DNA from: Polyangiales bacterium | GTDB taxonomy: Bacteria; Myxococcota_A; Polyangia; Polyangiales; Polyangiaceae | Reading direction: 5' to 3' | Assembly (NCBI GenBank): GCA_038231275.1 | Contig: JBBRLQ010000011.1 | Coordinates: forward strand, 1-64,000 | Length of the DNA stretch: 64,000 nucleotides | Part shown: one piece after another, positions 9,437-19,693 of the stretch | How positions within the stretch are numbered: the stretch's first letter is position 1 | Layout: each line of letters begins with the position of its first letter | The notes under the pieces: generated by a model | The model's input: the letters and a program-made list of their open reading frames with translations, nothing else | Database searches by the model: none | Told to the model about the DNA's origin: nothing | Position numbers and translations under genes: made by a program

Positions 9437-10321
9437 TTATGGGCGGGCGAGGAGGTCGAGGACGACGACTTCGGGGCGGGCGAAGGTGCGGATTGGGAGC
9501 TCGATGCCGCCTATGCCGCGCGATACGAAGATGCGCAGGGGGCCCTCTTGGTAGAGGCCGGCCGAGAAGCGTTTTCCTTGGCGTCCGGGGACGATCAGGG
9601 GACCCCACGGCGCGGCGATGTGGCCGCCGTGGGTGTGGCCGCAGATGAAGAGGGCTTCGGGGCGTCGAGGGTGGCGGAGGAGGGCTTCGGTGGCGGCGGG
9701 GACTCCGTCGGGGGAGTGGCAGAGGACGATGATCATCTCCGCGTCGCTGGTGTCGCGGAAGGCTGCGGGGGCGTCGATGCTCCCTGTCCATGGCTCGTCG
9801 AGTCCGGCGATGGCGACGCCCGAGTGGGGACCGGCGAGCATGAAGCCCCGGTTGATGAGCATGCGGGCGCCAGCGTGCTCGAGCGCCCGCTCGAGGCCTT
9901 CGTGGCGGGTCCACAGGTCGTGGTTGCCGAGGACGCCGAATTTTTGCGCCGCCGGGACGGCCCCCACGCGCGCCGTGAGCTCGCGCTCTTTTGCGGGCGA
10001 CGTGTCGAGGAACACGTAGTCGCCGCCGAGGAGCAGAACGTCGAGCGATGCGGTGGCGAGGTGGGCGAACGCTTCGTCGAGGAGGCGTGATGGTGTCGTG
10101 GGTCCGAGGTGCAAGTCCGAGGCGAACCCGACGCGCAGCGGAGGAGATCCGTTCGGCAAGATCGGCAACGTGAGGCGCGTGCAGCCGACGCGCGCGAACG
10201 GCGACAGGCCCCACAGCGCCGCCGGCCACCCGCCCGCGTAGGCAACGCGCAGCGTCGACTCGATCGCGCCGCGCAATGGCGAGTACGCGCGGCCGCGTCC
10301 GGACGACGAGAGTCGAATCAC
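9437..10321 (-). CDS. Metallophosphoesterase (calcineurin-like, YkuE/YaeI-type)
   Basis: SDLH, GGDY, LGNHD, CHSPD, GHTHGG and SRGIG motifs. Confidence 0.92.
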   Translation of the reverse strand: MIRLSSSGRGRAYSPLRGAIESTLRVAYAGGWPAALWGLSPFARVGCTRLTLPILPNGSPPLRVGFASDLHLGPTTPSRLLDEAFAHLATASLDVLLLGGDYVFLDTSPAKERELTARVGAVPAAQKFGVLGNHDLWTRHEGLERALEHAGARMLINRGFMLAGPHSGVAIAGLDEPWTGSIDAPAAFRDTSDAEMIIVLCHSPDGVPAATEALLRHPRRPEALFICGHTHGGHIAAPWGPLIVPGRQGKRFSAGLYQEGPLRIFVSRGIGGIELPIRTFARPEVVVLDLLARP

Positions 10322-10372
10322 TTCGCACAAACGCTCCGGCGAGGGGCTCTCATTCCGGCTAGCCTGATCGCC

Positions 10373-11293
10373 GTGCCTTCGGAGCTCGGCCGTTATCTCG
10401 TATACGAGAAGATCGCGTCGGGGGGCGTCGCCGACGTCTTCCTGGCGCGCCTGCCGCTCGGCACGAACGCGTTCTGCGCGCTGAAAACGCTGCGCACCGA
10501 CAAGGCCGACGATCCCGAGGTGCGCGCGATGTTCGAGGACGAGTCCAAGCTCCTCTACGCGCTCTCGCACCCCGCGACCGTGCAGGTCTACGAGATCGGC
10601 GCGACGCCGGACGGGCAGCAGTTCATCGCGATGGAGCTGCTCTGCGGGCAGTCGCTCCTCGGCCTCTGGGACGTCCATCGAAGGAATGGCCGCCGCCTCC
10701 CCTACGATCTCGTGGCGTGGATCGGCGCGCGGATCGCCGAGTCGCTCGAGCACGCGCACGGCGTCCGCGATCCGGTGACCGGCTTGCTCCAGAACGTCGT
10801 GCACCGCGACGTGAACCCGAGCAACGTGCTCGTCACGTTCGACGGACGCGTGAAGGTGATCGACTTCGGCATGGCGAAGCGAAAAGGGCAGGCGGTGCAG
10901 ACCGCGAAGGGGATGGTCAAGGGCAAGGTCGGCTACCTGTCGCCCGAGGTCCTCGACGGGCAGCCGGCCGATCCGCGCGCCGACGTCTTCGCGCTGGCGA
11001 CGACGCTGTGGGAGCTCTCCGTGGACCGCCGGCTGTTCCTCGGCGACGACGACATGGACACGGTCATGAAGGTCAGCAGATGCAAGGTGCCGGACCCGCG
11101 CACGATCCAGGGGGATTACCCCGACGCGCTGTGGACCGTGCTCCGGCGCGGCCTCGCGCGCGACGTGAACGTCCGCTACCCGACCGCGGGTGAGATGGGG
11201 CGCGATCTCTACGCGGTGGCGGCGGCGATGGGACGAAGCGTGGGACCGTCGCTCATGGCCGAGCGGATGCTCGAGCTCTGCGCGCGCGGATAA
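10373..11293 (+). CDS. Cytoplasmic Ser/Thr protein kinase
   Basis: ALK, HRDVNPSN, DFG and GKVGYLSPE motifs. Confidence 0.92.
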   Translation: MPSELGRYLVYEKIASGGVADVFLARLPLGTNAFCALKTLRTDKADDPEVRAMFEDESKLLYALSHPATVQVYEIGATPDGQQFIAMELLCGQSLLGLWDVHRRNGRRLPYDLVAWIGARIAESLEHAHGVRDPVTGLLQNVVHRDVNPSNVLVTFDGRVKVIDFGMAKRKGQAVQTAKGMVKGKVGYLSPEVLDGQPADPRADVFALATTLWELSVDRRLFLGDDDMDTVMKVSRCKVPDPRTIQGDYPDALWTVLRRGLARDVNVRYPTAGEMGRDLYAVAAAMGRSVGPSLMAERMLELCARG

Positions 11294-11303
11294 GGGGATT
11301 TTC

Positions 11304-12593
11304 GTGCGTCGCGACGAGGCCGAGGCGCTGCTCTCTACTGTGACCGGCGCGCTCTCCCAGGTGCGCGTGCCGTCGAACCTCCTCGACGATCTCGCGTGGC
11401 CTGGGGGGCTGGAAGCGGAGTTCGTTGCCGGCGGCGCATCGCGCTCGCCGGCACCGGTGTACGCGTTCGATCGCGAAGGCCTCGCGGAGGACGTGAAGGA
11501 GCTCACGCGCGTGGCGGACGCCATCGAAGGGGACGCGCCCATCCCGACGTGGCTCCGCGCCGTCGTTCGCGGCACGATCGACAAAGATCGCCTCCTCCTC
11601 GCCGTAGGCACCCCCGAATTCGGGCGCGTCTCGACGGAGATCTACGGCGGTGCGCGCACGCTCTTGCCCGGCCTCGCGCGCACGAATCTGGATCTCGCCG
11701 AGCACCTCTCGGAGCGCATCCGCGTTCACGGATGGGACGCGGCCGCCGACCGTGACGAGTCGCCGATGAACGCCGTCGATTTCGCCGCTGCGCTGTCCTC
11801 ACGTATCGCGCGCCATCGCCCTCACATCGATCTCGACGTGGCCGTCGATCACGTCTGCTCGGCCAAGGCGTTGGCCGGGACCCGCAAGGTGAAGGTCCGC
11901 GCCTCCGCCACGTTCCTCGGCTGGGAGGCGGACGGGCTCTACTTCCACGAGGTCGAGACGCACGCGTTCACCGCGCAGAATGGCGCCGCGCAGCCGCACG
12001 CGCCGTTCCTCAAGTCCGGCGGACCGCGCACGACGGCGACGCAAGAGGGGCTCGCGGTCTTCGCGGAGCTATACGAGCGCGCGCTGGCCACGCCGCGCCT
12101 CGAGCGCCTGGCGACGCGCGTGAAGCTCGTGGCCCTCGCAGAGGACGGCGCGAGCTTCGTCGACGCGTACCGATGGCTCGTCGGCCTCGGGGCTTCTCGG
12201 CACGACGCGTTCCTCGACGCGTCGCGCGTGTACCGCGGCGGGATGCCCGCGGGAGGTGCGCGTGGGTCGGTCTTCACCAAGGACGCGACGTACCTCTCCG
12301 GCCTCGTGAACGTCGTGGCGTTCCTCTCGGCGTTCGTGCGCGGCGGGTTTCGCGACGAGGTCGAGCTGCTCGCGTGCGGCCGCATCGCCCTCGAAGATGT
12401 CGGCGCCCTGGTCGAGCTGCAGTCGCTCGGTCTCGTCGACCGCCCGCGCCATCGCCCGCGATGGATGCGGAACTGGCAGACGCTCCTGCCGTATTTTGCG
12501 TTCTCGTCCTTCCTAGAAGGCCTGAATTTGCAGGCGATCGAGGCCCACTACACCCGAGCCATCACCCTCGCAGAGCGCGCCGCGTCGAGCTGA
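11304..12593 (+). CDS. QEGLA-motif / DUF1704 (MATCAP-like) metallocarboxypeptidase
   Basis: HEVETH (HExxxH), TQEGLA and FTKD..YL.G motifs. Confidence 0.88.
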   Translation: MRRDEAEALLSTVTGALSQVRVPSNLLDDLAWPGGLEAEFVAGGASRSPAPVYAFDREGLAEDVKELTRVADAIEGDAPIPTWLRAVVRGTIDKDRLLLAVGTPEFGRVSTEIYGGARTLLPGLARTNLDLAEHLSERIRVHGWDAAADRDESPMNAVDFAAALSSRIARHRPHIDLDVAVDHVCSAKALAGTRKVKVRASATFLGWEADGLYFHEVETHAFTAQNGAAQPHAPFLKSGGPRTTATQEGLAVFAELYERALATPRLERLATRVKLVALAEDGASFVDAYRWLVGLGASRHDAFLDASRVYRGGMPAGGARGSVFTKDATYLSGLVNVVAFLSAFVRGGFRDEVELLACGRIALEDVGALVELQSLGLVDRPRHRPRWMRNWQTLLPYFAFSSFLEGLNLQAIEAHYTRAITLAERAASS

Positions 12594-12627
12594 CGCGCGC
12601 GGCCGATCTCCGTAGTAGAGTCCGCGA

Positions 12628-13923
12628 ATGGACTCGACCAAGACGCTCATCGTGGGCGCAGGCATCAGCGGCCTCGCGACCGCAGCGGCGCTCGAGGAGG
12701 CGGGCGCGAAGGACTACCTGGTCCTCGAAGCAGACTCGCAGATCGGCGGCTACTGCAAGACGATCCACCAAGATGGCTTCGTCTGGGACTACTCGGGCCA
12801 CTTCTTCCACTTCAAGCACGCGGACATCGAGGCGTGGCTCCGCGCGCGCATGCCGGGCCAGAAGATCCGCACGGTGAACAAGAAGTCGTTCGTCTCGTAC
12901 AAGGGCACCACGATCGATTTTCCGTTCCAGAAGAACATCCACCAGCTTCCGCGCGAGGAGTTCATCGACTGCCTCTACGATCTCTACTTCGCGCGCGCCC
13001 CGAAGGAGCTGCTCGGAAAGCACGCCCCCGCGGCGGCGATGCCGGAGACCAACTTCAAGGAGATGCTCTATGCGCGCTTCGGCCGCGGCATCGCCGAAAA
13101 ATTCCTGGTCCCGTACAACGAGAAGCTCTACGCGACCGACCTCGGCACGCTCGACAAAGACGCGATGGGGCGCTTCTTCCCCCACGCCGATCTGACCGAC
13201 ATCGTCCGCAACATGCGCGCGCCCGACAACGCGAGCTACAACTCCACCTTCACGTACCCCGAGGGAGGCGCGTTCGAGTACGTCAGGGCGATCGCGAGCG
13301 CCGTGCGGCCCGACGCGATCTGCCTGAACGAGGGCCTCGTGGCGATCGATCTCGCGACGAAGACCGCGCGCACGACCAAGCGCGAGATCCGCTTCGAGCG
13401 AATCGTCTCGTCCGCGCCGTTCGACAAGCTGCTGCGGATGGCCGGCGTACGGCACGATCCGGCTGTTTTCACGTGGAACAAGGTGCTGGTGTTCAACCTG
13501 GGCTTCGACCGCAAAGGGCCCAAGGAGACGCACTGGATGTACTACCCCGACCGCGCGACCGTGTTCTATCGCGTCGGTTTCTACGACAACATCTTCGACA
13601 CCGATCGCCTCAGCGCGTACGTCGAGATCGGCTATCCCAAGGACGGCGTGGTCGACGCGGCGGCGATGCGGGAGCGCGTGCTCGTCGACCTCGCACGCGA
13701 GGGGGTCATCGGAAAGGACCACCGGCTCGTGAGCCAGCACTCGGTGGTGATGGATCCCGCCTACGTGCACATCACGAAGGGGTCGATCGAAGCGCACGGG
13801 CGCCTCTCGAAGGAGCTGCACGCGGCGGGCGTCCATTCGATCGGGCGCTACGGCGGCTGGACGTACTGCTCCATCGAAGACAACATCGTCGAGTCGCGCG
13901 CCCTGGTGAAGAGCTTCGGGTAA
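12628..13923 (+). CDS. FAD-dependent oxidoreductase (protoporphyrinogen oxidase / UDP-galactopyranose mutase-like fold)
   Basis: GAGISG Rossmann motif, [25 protein letters not shown]. Confidence 0.85.
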   Translation: MDSTKTLIVGAGISGLATAAALEEAGAKDYLVLEADSQIGGYCKTIHQDGFVWDYSGHFFHFKHADIEAWLRARMPGQKIRTVNKKSFVSYKGTTIDFPFQKNIHQLPREEFIDCLYDLYFARAPKELLGKHAPAAAMPETNFKEMLYARFGRGIAEKFLVPYNEKLYATDLGTLDKDAMGRFFPHADLTDIVRNMRAPDNASYNSTFTYPEGGAFEYVRAIASAVRPDAICLNEGLVAIDLATKTARTTKREIRFERIVSSAPFDKLLRMAGVRHDPAVFTWNKVLVFNLGFDRKGPKETHWMYYPDRATVFYRVGFYDNIFDTDRLSAYVEIGYPKDGVVDAAAMRERVLVDLAREGVIGKDHRLVSQHSVVMDPAYVHITKGSIEAHGRLSKELHAAGVHSIGRYGGWTYCSIEDNIVESRALVKSFG

Positions 13924-13958
13924 CCGCCGAGAGGCCCGCGTGCCAAGGCCGTCTGGAG

Positions 13959-13993
13959 CGCTTCGCTTCGCTTCGCTTCGCTCCGCTTCGCTC
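13959..13993. repeat. Pentamer array CGCT(T/C) x7; member of a dispersed GAGCGAAGCG repeat family
   Basis: Read directly; lies between convergent genes. Confidence 0.8.
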
Positions 13994-13996
13994 ATC

Positions 13997-15106
13997 TCAC
14001 AGGCGCAGCGTCGCGATCTCTGCGTCGCCGTCGTGCAGCGGAGCGTTGCCTCGCTCGTTCACCCAGACGATCGCGTTCGGCGCCGCGACGATGCGACCCG
14101 GCTGCCACTGCCCGTTGGCCGCGCGCTCCACGGCGCCGCCCGTGATGGGAACCGCGACGATCGCGCCATCCTTGTATTTTGCACCGATCGTTCCGAGCAG
14201 CGGTACGTAGGCGACGCCCGCGACGATCGCGACGCCCTTCGGATCCTCGAGCTCGCGCGCGCGGACGACGCCCTCGCCGCCGGCCTGCGGAAACACCTTG
14301 AGGACGGCCTTCGCGCCGCGCGTCAGATCGTCCACGCCCACCAGCGCGACGATGCCATCGACCACCGCGATGCCGCCGCCTTGGAGGATGGGGAACGCGC
14401 GTTTCTTCGCGGTGCCCTTGAGAGGCACGGCCTCGGCGCCGCCGAGCGCCCAGAGCAAGTACGCGTCGCCGCCGCTCACCTCGAGGTCCACGCCGAGTCG
14501 CATGTCGGCGACCTTGCGCGACACCGGTCTCGTGCCCGCGACGCGGACGCGCGGAGAGGAGAACAGGTGCATGCCGGCGCCCTTCTTCGGTGCGGCGAGC
14601 CAGTGGACGTTGGCGCCCGTCGCGGCGATGGCCATCGGCATATGGAAGCCGTCGGCGACGAGCGCGGGCGTCGCGGCGGCGGTCTTCGGCATGCAGGCGA
14701 CGCTCCCCTTGCCGAACTCCGCGGGCTTCACCGCGCCGCCGCCGCGCGCGATCGCGACGCAGACCGCGTCGGCCGCCACGGCGATCGCCATCGGCTCCCG
14801 TTCGACGGTCGCGACGCTCTCGACAGCACCGCCCCCCAAGGCGACGCGGAGGATTTCACCGCTCGCACGCGCCCAGTAGACGTGTGTGGCGTCGGCGGCG
14901 AGGGAGGTCACGACCCCCTGGCCGCTCGCGAGCACGACGACGCGCGAAGCCGGCTCGTTCAGAGTCGGAGTCGGAGTCGGAGTCGGAGTCGGAGTCGGAG
15001 TCGGCGTCGGCGTCGGAGTCGGAGTCGGCGTCGGCGTCGGAGTCGGAGTCGGAGTCGGCGTCGCGCCGCAGGCGGTCACGAGGATCAGGAGGACGACCGC
15101 GCGCAT
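13997..15106 (-). CDS. Lipoprotein with (TP)16 stalk and beta-propeller-like repeats
   Basis: VTAC lipobox; LAADATHVYW / PMAIA repeats. Confidence 0.8.
   Translation of the reverse strand: MRAVVLLILVTACGATPTPTPTPTPTPTPTPTPTPTPTPTPTPTPTPTLNEPASRVVVLASGQGVVTSLAADATHVYWARASGEILRVALGGGAVESVATVEREPMAIAVAADAVCVAIARGGGAVKPAEFGKGSVACMPKTAAATPALVADGFHMPMAIAATGANVHWLAAPKKGAGMHLFSSPRVRVAGTRPVSRKVADMRLGVDLEVSGGDAYLLWALGGAEAVPLKGTAKKRAFPILQGGGIAVVDGIVALVGVDDLTRGAKAVLKVFPQAGGEGVVRARELEDPKGVAIVAGVAYVPLLGTIGAKYKDGAIVAVPITGGAVERAANGQWQPGRIVAAPNAIVWVNERGNAPLHDGDAEIATLRL
14963..15061 (-). repeat. Hexamer tandem repeat AC(T/G)CCG x16, encoding Thr-Pro
   Basis: Read directly. Confidence 0.95.
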
Positions 15107-15164
15107 GACCCGCGATCTAGCCACAAATTTGGCCGGAGGTCGCCCCCCGTCGTCTCTTGGACGG

Positions 15165-15434
15165 ATGCGAACCCACGAGCATCACTACGAGCGCCTCCAC
15201 CCGCGCGTTCGCGCCTCCACTCGCGTCGACTGGCGCGTCGAAGGCAGCGCGACCCACGTGGTGTCGAACCTCTCCAACGTCAGCGCCGGCGGCGCGATGG
15301 TGACGACGAGCTTCGGCGCCCCGATCGGCGCGAAGGTCGAGATTCACTTGCTCACCGACGTCGGTTCCATCGCCGCGCGCGGTCGCGTCGCGTGGGTGGC
15401 CGGCGACGCGATGGGCCTCCGCTTCGACACGTAG
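15165..15434 (+). CDS. Single-domain PilZ protein
   Basis: RLHPR (RxxxR), NVSAGG (D/NxSxxG), GRVAW and MGLRF. Confidence 0.85.
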   Translation: MRTHEHHYERLHPRVRASTRVDWRVEGSATHVVSNLSNVSAGGAMVTTSFGAPIGAKVEIHLLTDVGSIAARGRVAWVAGDAMGLRFDT

Positions 15435-15486
15435 CGTCTTCCCGGCGCGCGCGACGCAGGGCGTAAAATGAGCTACCCCTGCCCAC

Positions 15487-16974
15487 ATGGGAGGGTCCAG
15501 CTCCATCGCGCCCGCGACGCGCGGCGACCACGAGCTCGCCGAGCGGCGCCGTCTCCTTCGGCGCTTCGTCGCCCTGGGAGTCGTCGCGTGGACAGCCTTC
15601 GCGGTGAGCGATCTGTTCGCGGCGCTCGTGGTCGCGCGCGGGCGTCACCTGGTGTGGCTCCTCGGCTTCCGTGCGGCCGGCTCGCTCGTGGGCGTCGCCT
15701 CGTACTTCATCGTCGCGCGCAAGACCGCGCCGGCGTGGGTGCTCGACGCCGTCGAGATCTTCCTCTTCACGAGCGGCGGCGTCCTCGTGTCGATGATGGC
15801 CATCCCGTTTGGCGGCATCGCGAGCCCGCTCCTCCACGGCGTCACCGTCATCGCCATGATGCGCGCCCTCTTGCCGTCGCACGGAAGCCGTACCCTCGCG
15901 ATCGCCGGCCTCGTCGCCTTGAGCTTCCCGCTCGTGATGGGCGCCGCGGCGCCGTTCGTGCCTGCCGTTGCCGCGCAATGGAACGATCGCGCGGCCGTCG
16001 TGGCGTTCGTGAACAACTACATCTTCGTCGTCCTCGCGACGGGGATCGGCGCCTACGCCGCGCACATCCAATGGCGCGTGCGGCGTGAGCTCTACGAAGC
16101 CCGTCGCCTGGGCCAGTACCGCTTGAAGGCGCCGATCGCGCGCGGGGACGTCGGCGATCTCTGGCTCGCGCGCCAGGAGTCGCTCGGACGCGACGTGGCT
16201 CTGAAGGTGCTCGATCTCGGCGCGCAGAGCGCCGAGGCCGTCGCGCGTTTTCACCGCGAGGCGAAGGCCGCGAGCCAGCTCGTGCACCCGAACACGATCC
16301 GCATCTTCGACTTCGGCGCGAGCGACGACGGCGTGATGTTCATCGCGATGGAGCTCCTCGGGGGGCTCGATGTCGACGGCCTCGTCAAGCTCACCGGCCC
16401 GATGCCCGCCGGGCGAGCGATTTACCTGGGCCGGCAAGCGTGCGCGTCGCTCGCAGAGGCACACGAGCGCGGCATCGTGCACCGCGATGTCCGACCCGAC
16501 AACCTGTTCGTCACGCAGGTCGCCGACGATCTCGACTTCGTGAAGGTCCTCGATTTCGGCGTCGCGCGCGTGTCGTCGCGCGATCCGGCGGGGCAGAGGG
16601 TCGGCGGGTCGCCGGGGTACGTCGCGCCCGAACAGATCGTAGGCGCTTCGCCCGACGCGCGCGTGGACGTCTACTCGCTGGGGGCGGTGCTCTATTTCAT
16701 GGTCACCGGCTCGGCGCCCTTCGCAGGGATGATGGCGCAGCTCGACGCGGTGCCGGTCTCGCCATCGGACCGGCTCGGCGGGCACGTGCCATACGATCTC
16801 GAGAAGACGATCCTACGTTGTCTCTCCAGGCGGCCCGGCGATCGGTACCCTTCGGTGCGCGAGCTGGGAGAGGCGCTCCAGGCGTGCGCCGACGAGGGGC
16901 GATGGTCCAAGGACGACGCGAGGGCGTTTTGGGCCGGCCTCGCGCCGAGCGTAAGCCTCGTTTCTTTGTCGTAA
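15487..16974 (+). CDS. Polytopic membrane Ser/Thr kinase
   Basis: About 5-6 N-terminal hydrophobic helices; VALK, HRDVRPDN, DFG, GSPGYVAPE; resembles the kinase at 1-608. Confidence 0.9.
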   Translation: MGGSSSIAPATRGDHELAERRRLLRRFVALGVVAWTAFAVSDLFAALVVARGRHLVWLLGFRAAGSLVGVASYFIVARKTAPAWVLDAVEIFLFTSGGVLVSMMAIPFGGIASPLLHGVTVIAMMRALLPSHGSRTLAIAGLVALSFPLVMGAAAPFVPAVAAQWNDRAAVVAFVNNYIFVVLATGIGAYAAHIQWRVRRELYEARRLGQYRLKAPIARGDVGDLWLARQESLGRDVALKVLDLGAQSAEAVARFHREAKAASQLVHPNTIRIFDFGASDDGVMFIAMELLGGLDVDGLVKLTGPMPAGRAIYLGRQACASLAEAHERGIVHRDVRPDNLFVTQVADDLDFVKVLDFGVARVSSRDPAGQRVGGSPGYVAPEQIVGASPDARVDVYSLGAVLYFMVTGSAPFAGMMAQLDAVPVSPSDRLGGHVPYDLEKTILRCLSRRPGDRYPSVRELGEALQACADEGRWSKDDARAFWAGLAPSVSLVSLS

Positions 16975-17001
16975 TCCGCGCCTCCGACTACGATCGCCCC
17001 G

Positions 17002-18450
17002 ATGAGACGAGTCCTGTTCGGGGTCGCCGCGCTCGCCGCGGGCTCCGCTGTCGGTGCGGCGGTGCTACTTGCGTGCAACGTGAAGATCGACGCGTCGGTC
17101 TTGGACGACGCCGGCGCCGACGTGTTCGCGCCGTCGGTGGTCGCATGCCACGCGCCGGGTGACTGCAAATCGGCCGACCCTTGCGTCAATGCGCGCTGCG
17201 ACGACGGGACGCAGAAATGCGTCTACGACGTCTGCCCGACCGGCGACCAGTGCAGTGCCGCGTCGTGCACGACGGTGAAAAAGTGCGGGCAGGCGTCCGC
17301 GTTCGGGTACCACGCCGGCTCGTTCGCGCTTGCGGAGGGCCTGGGGTGCCCGTCCTGCGTAGGGGCGGTCTTTCCGTACCTCTTCGTCGTGTCGAACCTC
17401 CAGGTGCGCGCGTTCCGCGTCTCCGATCCCACGAACAGCAGCCCGCCGGAGATTCCGGTGACGCGCCTCGGCTTCGCACCTCACACCGTGCTCACGAGCG
17501 GCCGGCGCGTCTACTTCGTCGGTGGCCCGACCGGCGCGACGTCGTCGCCGTACGCGCTGCAGGTCGCGTGGGTCGACGTGCCGGCCGATCCCGGCGTCAA
17601 ATCGATCCACGCGCGTGAGGCTACGTTTCCGTTTCCTTCGCCGGATTTTCGGTTCGACGGCGTGGTCGTAGGGCAAGACGATCAGCTCTTCTCGCTGCAT
17701 CGCGTGCAGACCAACGAGAACAACGCCAACGTCGTGCGCGATCAGGAGCTGCTCATGCACGTGTCGCCCAGCCAGGACCCTGGACAGCTGAATTTTTCGG
17801 CGCCGACCGGCTATCCGGCGAACGGTCAGACCGTCGCGTTCTCCAACTCGCGCCTCGTCGTGTACCACGCGAACGCCGGAGTGGGCGCGTTCAGCTTCGA
17901 CTTTCAGCCGGGGACGAGCGCGTCGTCGAACTCCGGCGACCAGCCGCTGCCGGACATGGGGACGCCGGGCGCGTCGACGTTCGCGCAGACGGCGGACGGC
18001 GCGGTCTACTGGGCGACGGTGCTGCGAAAGCCGCCGGTCCAGAACCAGCCGCAGCTGATCGGCGGTGTGCGCCTCGCGATTCCGCTCGGCGACGGAGGCG
18101 GCGTCTTCGGCGTGCCGTCGCGCATCGATCTCGAGACGTACGACACGGGCCTGCCGGAGCAGAACGGCCAACCGAACCCGAACCCCAACCCGTACGTCGG
18201 CCCGATCGCGCCGATGGGCAACGGCGTCGCGCTGGCGCTCGCTGCGGCGAAGGAGAACCCCGGCCAGACGAGCGTGCAGCTCGTGACCCGCAACGGCGGG
18301 ACCCTCGCTCTCGCGCCAGGGAAGCGCTTCCTTGTGCCGGGGCGCGTCGATCAGGTGGCCGCGGCGGGCACCGAGGGCTTCGGGTACGTCGTCAACCCGG
18401 ACACCGCGAGCACGATGACGGTCCACATCTTCTCCGCGAGCTGCCAATGA
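17002..18450 (+). CDS. Lipoprotein of unknown function (Cys-rich N-terminus, beta-rich body)
   Basis: LLAC lipobox; stop overlaps the next start (ATGA). Confidence 0.8.
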   Translation: MRRVLFGVAALAAGSAVGAAVLLACNVKIDASVLDDAGADVFAPSVVACHAPGDCKSADPCVNARCDDGTQKCVYDVCPTGDQCSAASCTTVKKCGQASAFGYHAGSFALAEGLGCPSCVGAVFPYLFVVSNLQVRAFRVSDPTNSSPPEIPVTRLGFAPHTVLTSGRRVYFVGGPTGATSSPYALQVAWVDVPADPGVKSIHAREATFPFPSPDFRFDGVVVGQDDQLFSLHRVQTNENNANVVRDQELLMHVSPSQDPGQLNFSAPTGYPANGQTVAFSNSRLVVYHANAGVGAFSFDFQPGTSASSNSGDQPLPDMGTPGASTFAQTADGAVYWATVLRKPPVQNQPQLIGGVRLAIPLGDGGGVFGVPSRIDLETYDTGLPEQNGQPNPNPNPYVGPIAPMGNGVALALAAAKENPGQTSVQLVTRNGGTLALAPGKRFLVPGRVDQVAAAGTEGFGYVVNPDTASTMTVHIFSASCQ

Positions 18451-19475
18451 TCTCCGCCCCCCGCGTGCTCGGCGCCGTCGCCATCGTCCTCCTCCTGTCC
18501 AGCGCCGCCCGCGCCGCCGATCCGACGCCGACGCCAACGCCGACTCCGACCCCCGCTCCTCCGACGCCGACTCCAACTCCGCCCGCCCCTCCGTCGCCCG
18601 AGGCCGTCGCCGACGCCGCGCGGCAGTCCGAGCTCGGACGCCAGGCCTTCAAGGCGAAGCGTTTCGCGCAGGCCGCGCACCTCTACGATGCCGCCGCCGC
18701 CCTCGGGCGTCAGCCGTCCGCGTACTTCTCCGCCGCCCTCGCGTGGGAGCTCGCCGAGCGATCCGAGCGCGCGGCCGATGCCTTCGCGCGCGCGCTCGCC
18801 AACACGTCGGGTGGGGAGGCGCTCGGCGCCCCGGAGGCCTCCCAAGCGAAGGATCGCCTCGACACGCTGGAGCGATCGCTCGGGACGCTCGACGTGAAGG
18901 CGCCCGCCGGCTGGACCGTGCAGCTCGATGGCGCGCCCGAGGCCCCAGCACCGGCGCGCCTCCACGGCGTCGCCGGAATCCACTCGCTCGCTGTCGCCGC
19001 GCCCGATCGGCCGATCGCTCGGCGTGACGTACGCCTCGAGATCGGCAAGCCGCTCGCGCTCGCGCTGAAGGACGAGCCGCTCGCGAAGACCCCTGTCGAC
19101 GGACCGAAGCGCGACGCGGCACCTGCGCCCGCCGCGCCGGTCGCGCCTCGCATCGTGATGGTGGAGCCGAGCGGGCAGGTGCGACGTGCGATCGGCTTCA
19201 CGGCGATGGGGCTCGGCGTTGCGTCGCTCGGCGCTGCGCTGGTGCTCGGTCTCGAGACGGTCGACGCGCGCAACGCCTTCAATGCGTCTCCGTCACGTCC
19301 GCTCTACGATCATGAGCAGACGCTCCAGACGTGGACCAACGTGACGCTCATCGGCGGCGCCATCCTCGCGGTCGGCGGCGCGGTGCTCGTCTTGTGGCCG
19401 TCGAGCAACAGCGCCGAGGCGACCGTCGGCTTCGCGCCGTCGCTGGGTGGCGGCAGCCTGGTGGGGCGTTTCTAG
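18447..19475 (+). CDS. Secreted TPR + PEGA-like protein with C-terminal hydrophobic helices and Phe-terminated hairpin
   Basis: Signal peptide, PT linker, GRQAFKAKRFAQAA TPR, GTLDV..P PEGA-like segment, ends FAPSLGGGSLVGRF. Confidence 0.82.
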   Translation: MISAPRVLGAVAIVLLLSSAARAADPTPTPTPTPTPAPPTPTPTPPAPPSPEAVADAARQSELGRQAFKAKRFAQAAHLYDAAAALGRQPSAYFSAALAWELAERSERAADAFARALANTSGGEALGAPEASQAKDRLDTLERSLGTLDVKAPAGWTVQLDGAPEAPAPARLHGVAGIHSLAVAAPDRPIARRDVRLEIGKPLALALKDEPLAKTPVDGPKRDAAPAPAAPVAPRIVMVEPSGQVRRAIGFTAMGLGVASLGAALVLGLETVDARNAFNASPSRPLYDHEQTLQTWTNVTLIGGAILAVGGAVLVLWPSSNSAEATVGFAPSLGGGSLVGRF

Positions 19476-19485
19476 GCTTCGCGCT

Positions 19486-19692
19486 TCAGCATCCGTCCGG
19501 TTGCGCGTCTCCGGTGTCCGCGCTTGCGTCGCGGGCATCCCCGCACGCGACGATGGGGTTCGGATCGCCGTACGTTCCTCGGACGACCGTGGACGTGTGC
19601 TCGCGCTCCGTCGCGCCGCCACACGCCGCAGACGCGACGACGAAGCCGACCGCGATGCTCACGACGAGCGCGCCGATGCGCGACGCGATCAC
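19486..19692 (-). CDS. Small lipoprotein (68 aa)
   Basis: SAAC lipobox after a hydrophobic stretch; starts 1 nt after the upstream stop. Confidence 0.55.
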   Translation of the reverse strand: MIASRIGALVVSIAVGFVVASAACGGATEREHTSTVVRGTYGDPNPIVACGDARDASADTGDAQPDGC

Positions 19693-19693
19693 G

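Noticed and set aside
8580..9760. G-skewed stretch as possible foreign DNA
   Set aside because: Explained by C-ending codons and Pro/Thr content on the minus strand; no mobility genes or boundaries.
14963..15061. Tandem repeats as a possible CRISPR array
   Set aside because: Hexamer units without spacers, in-frame within a CDS, and no cas genes.
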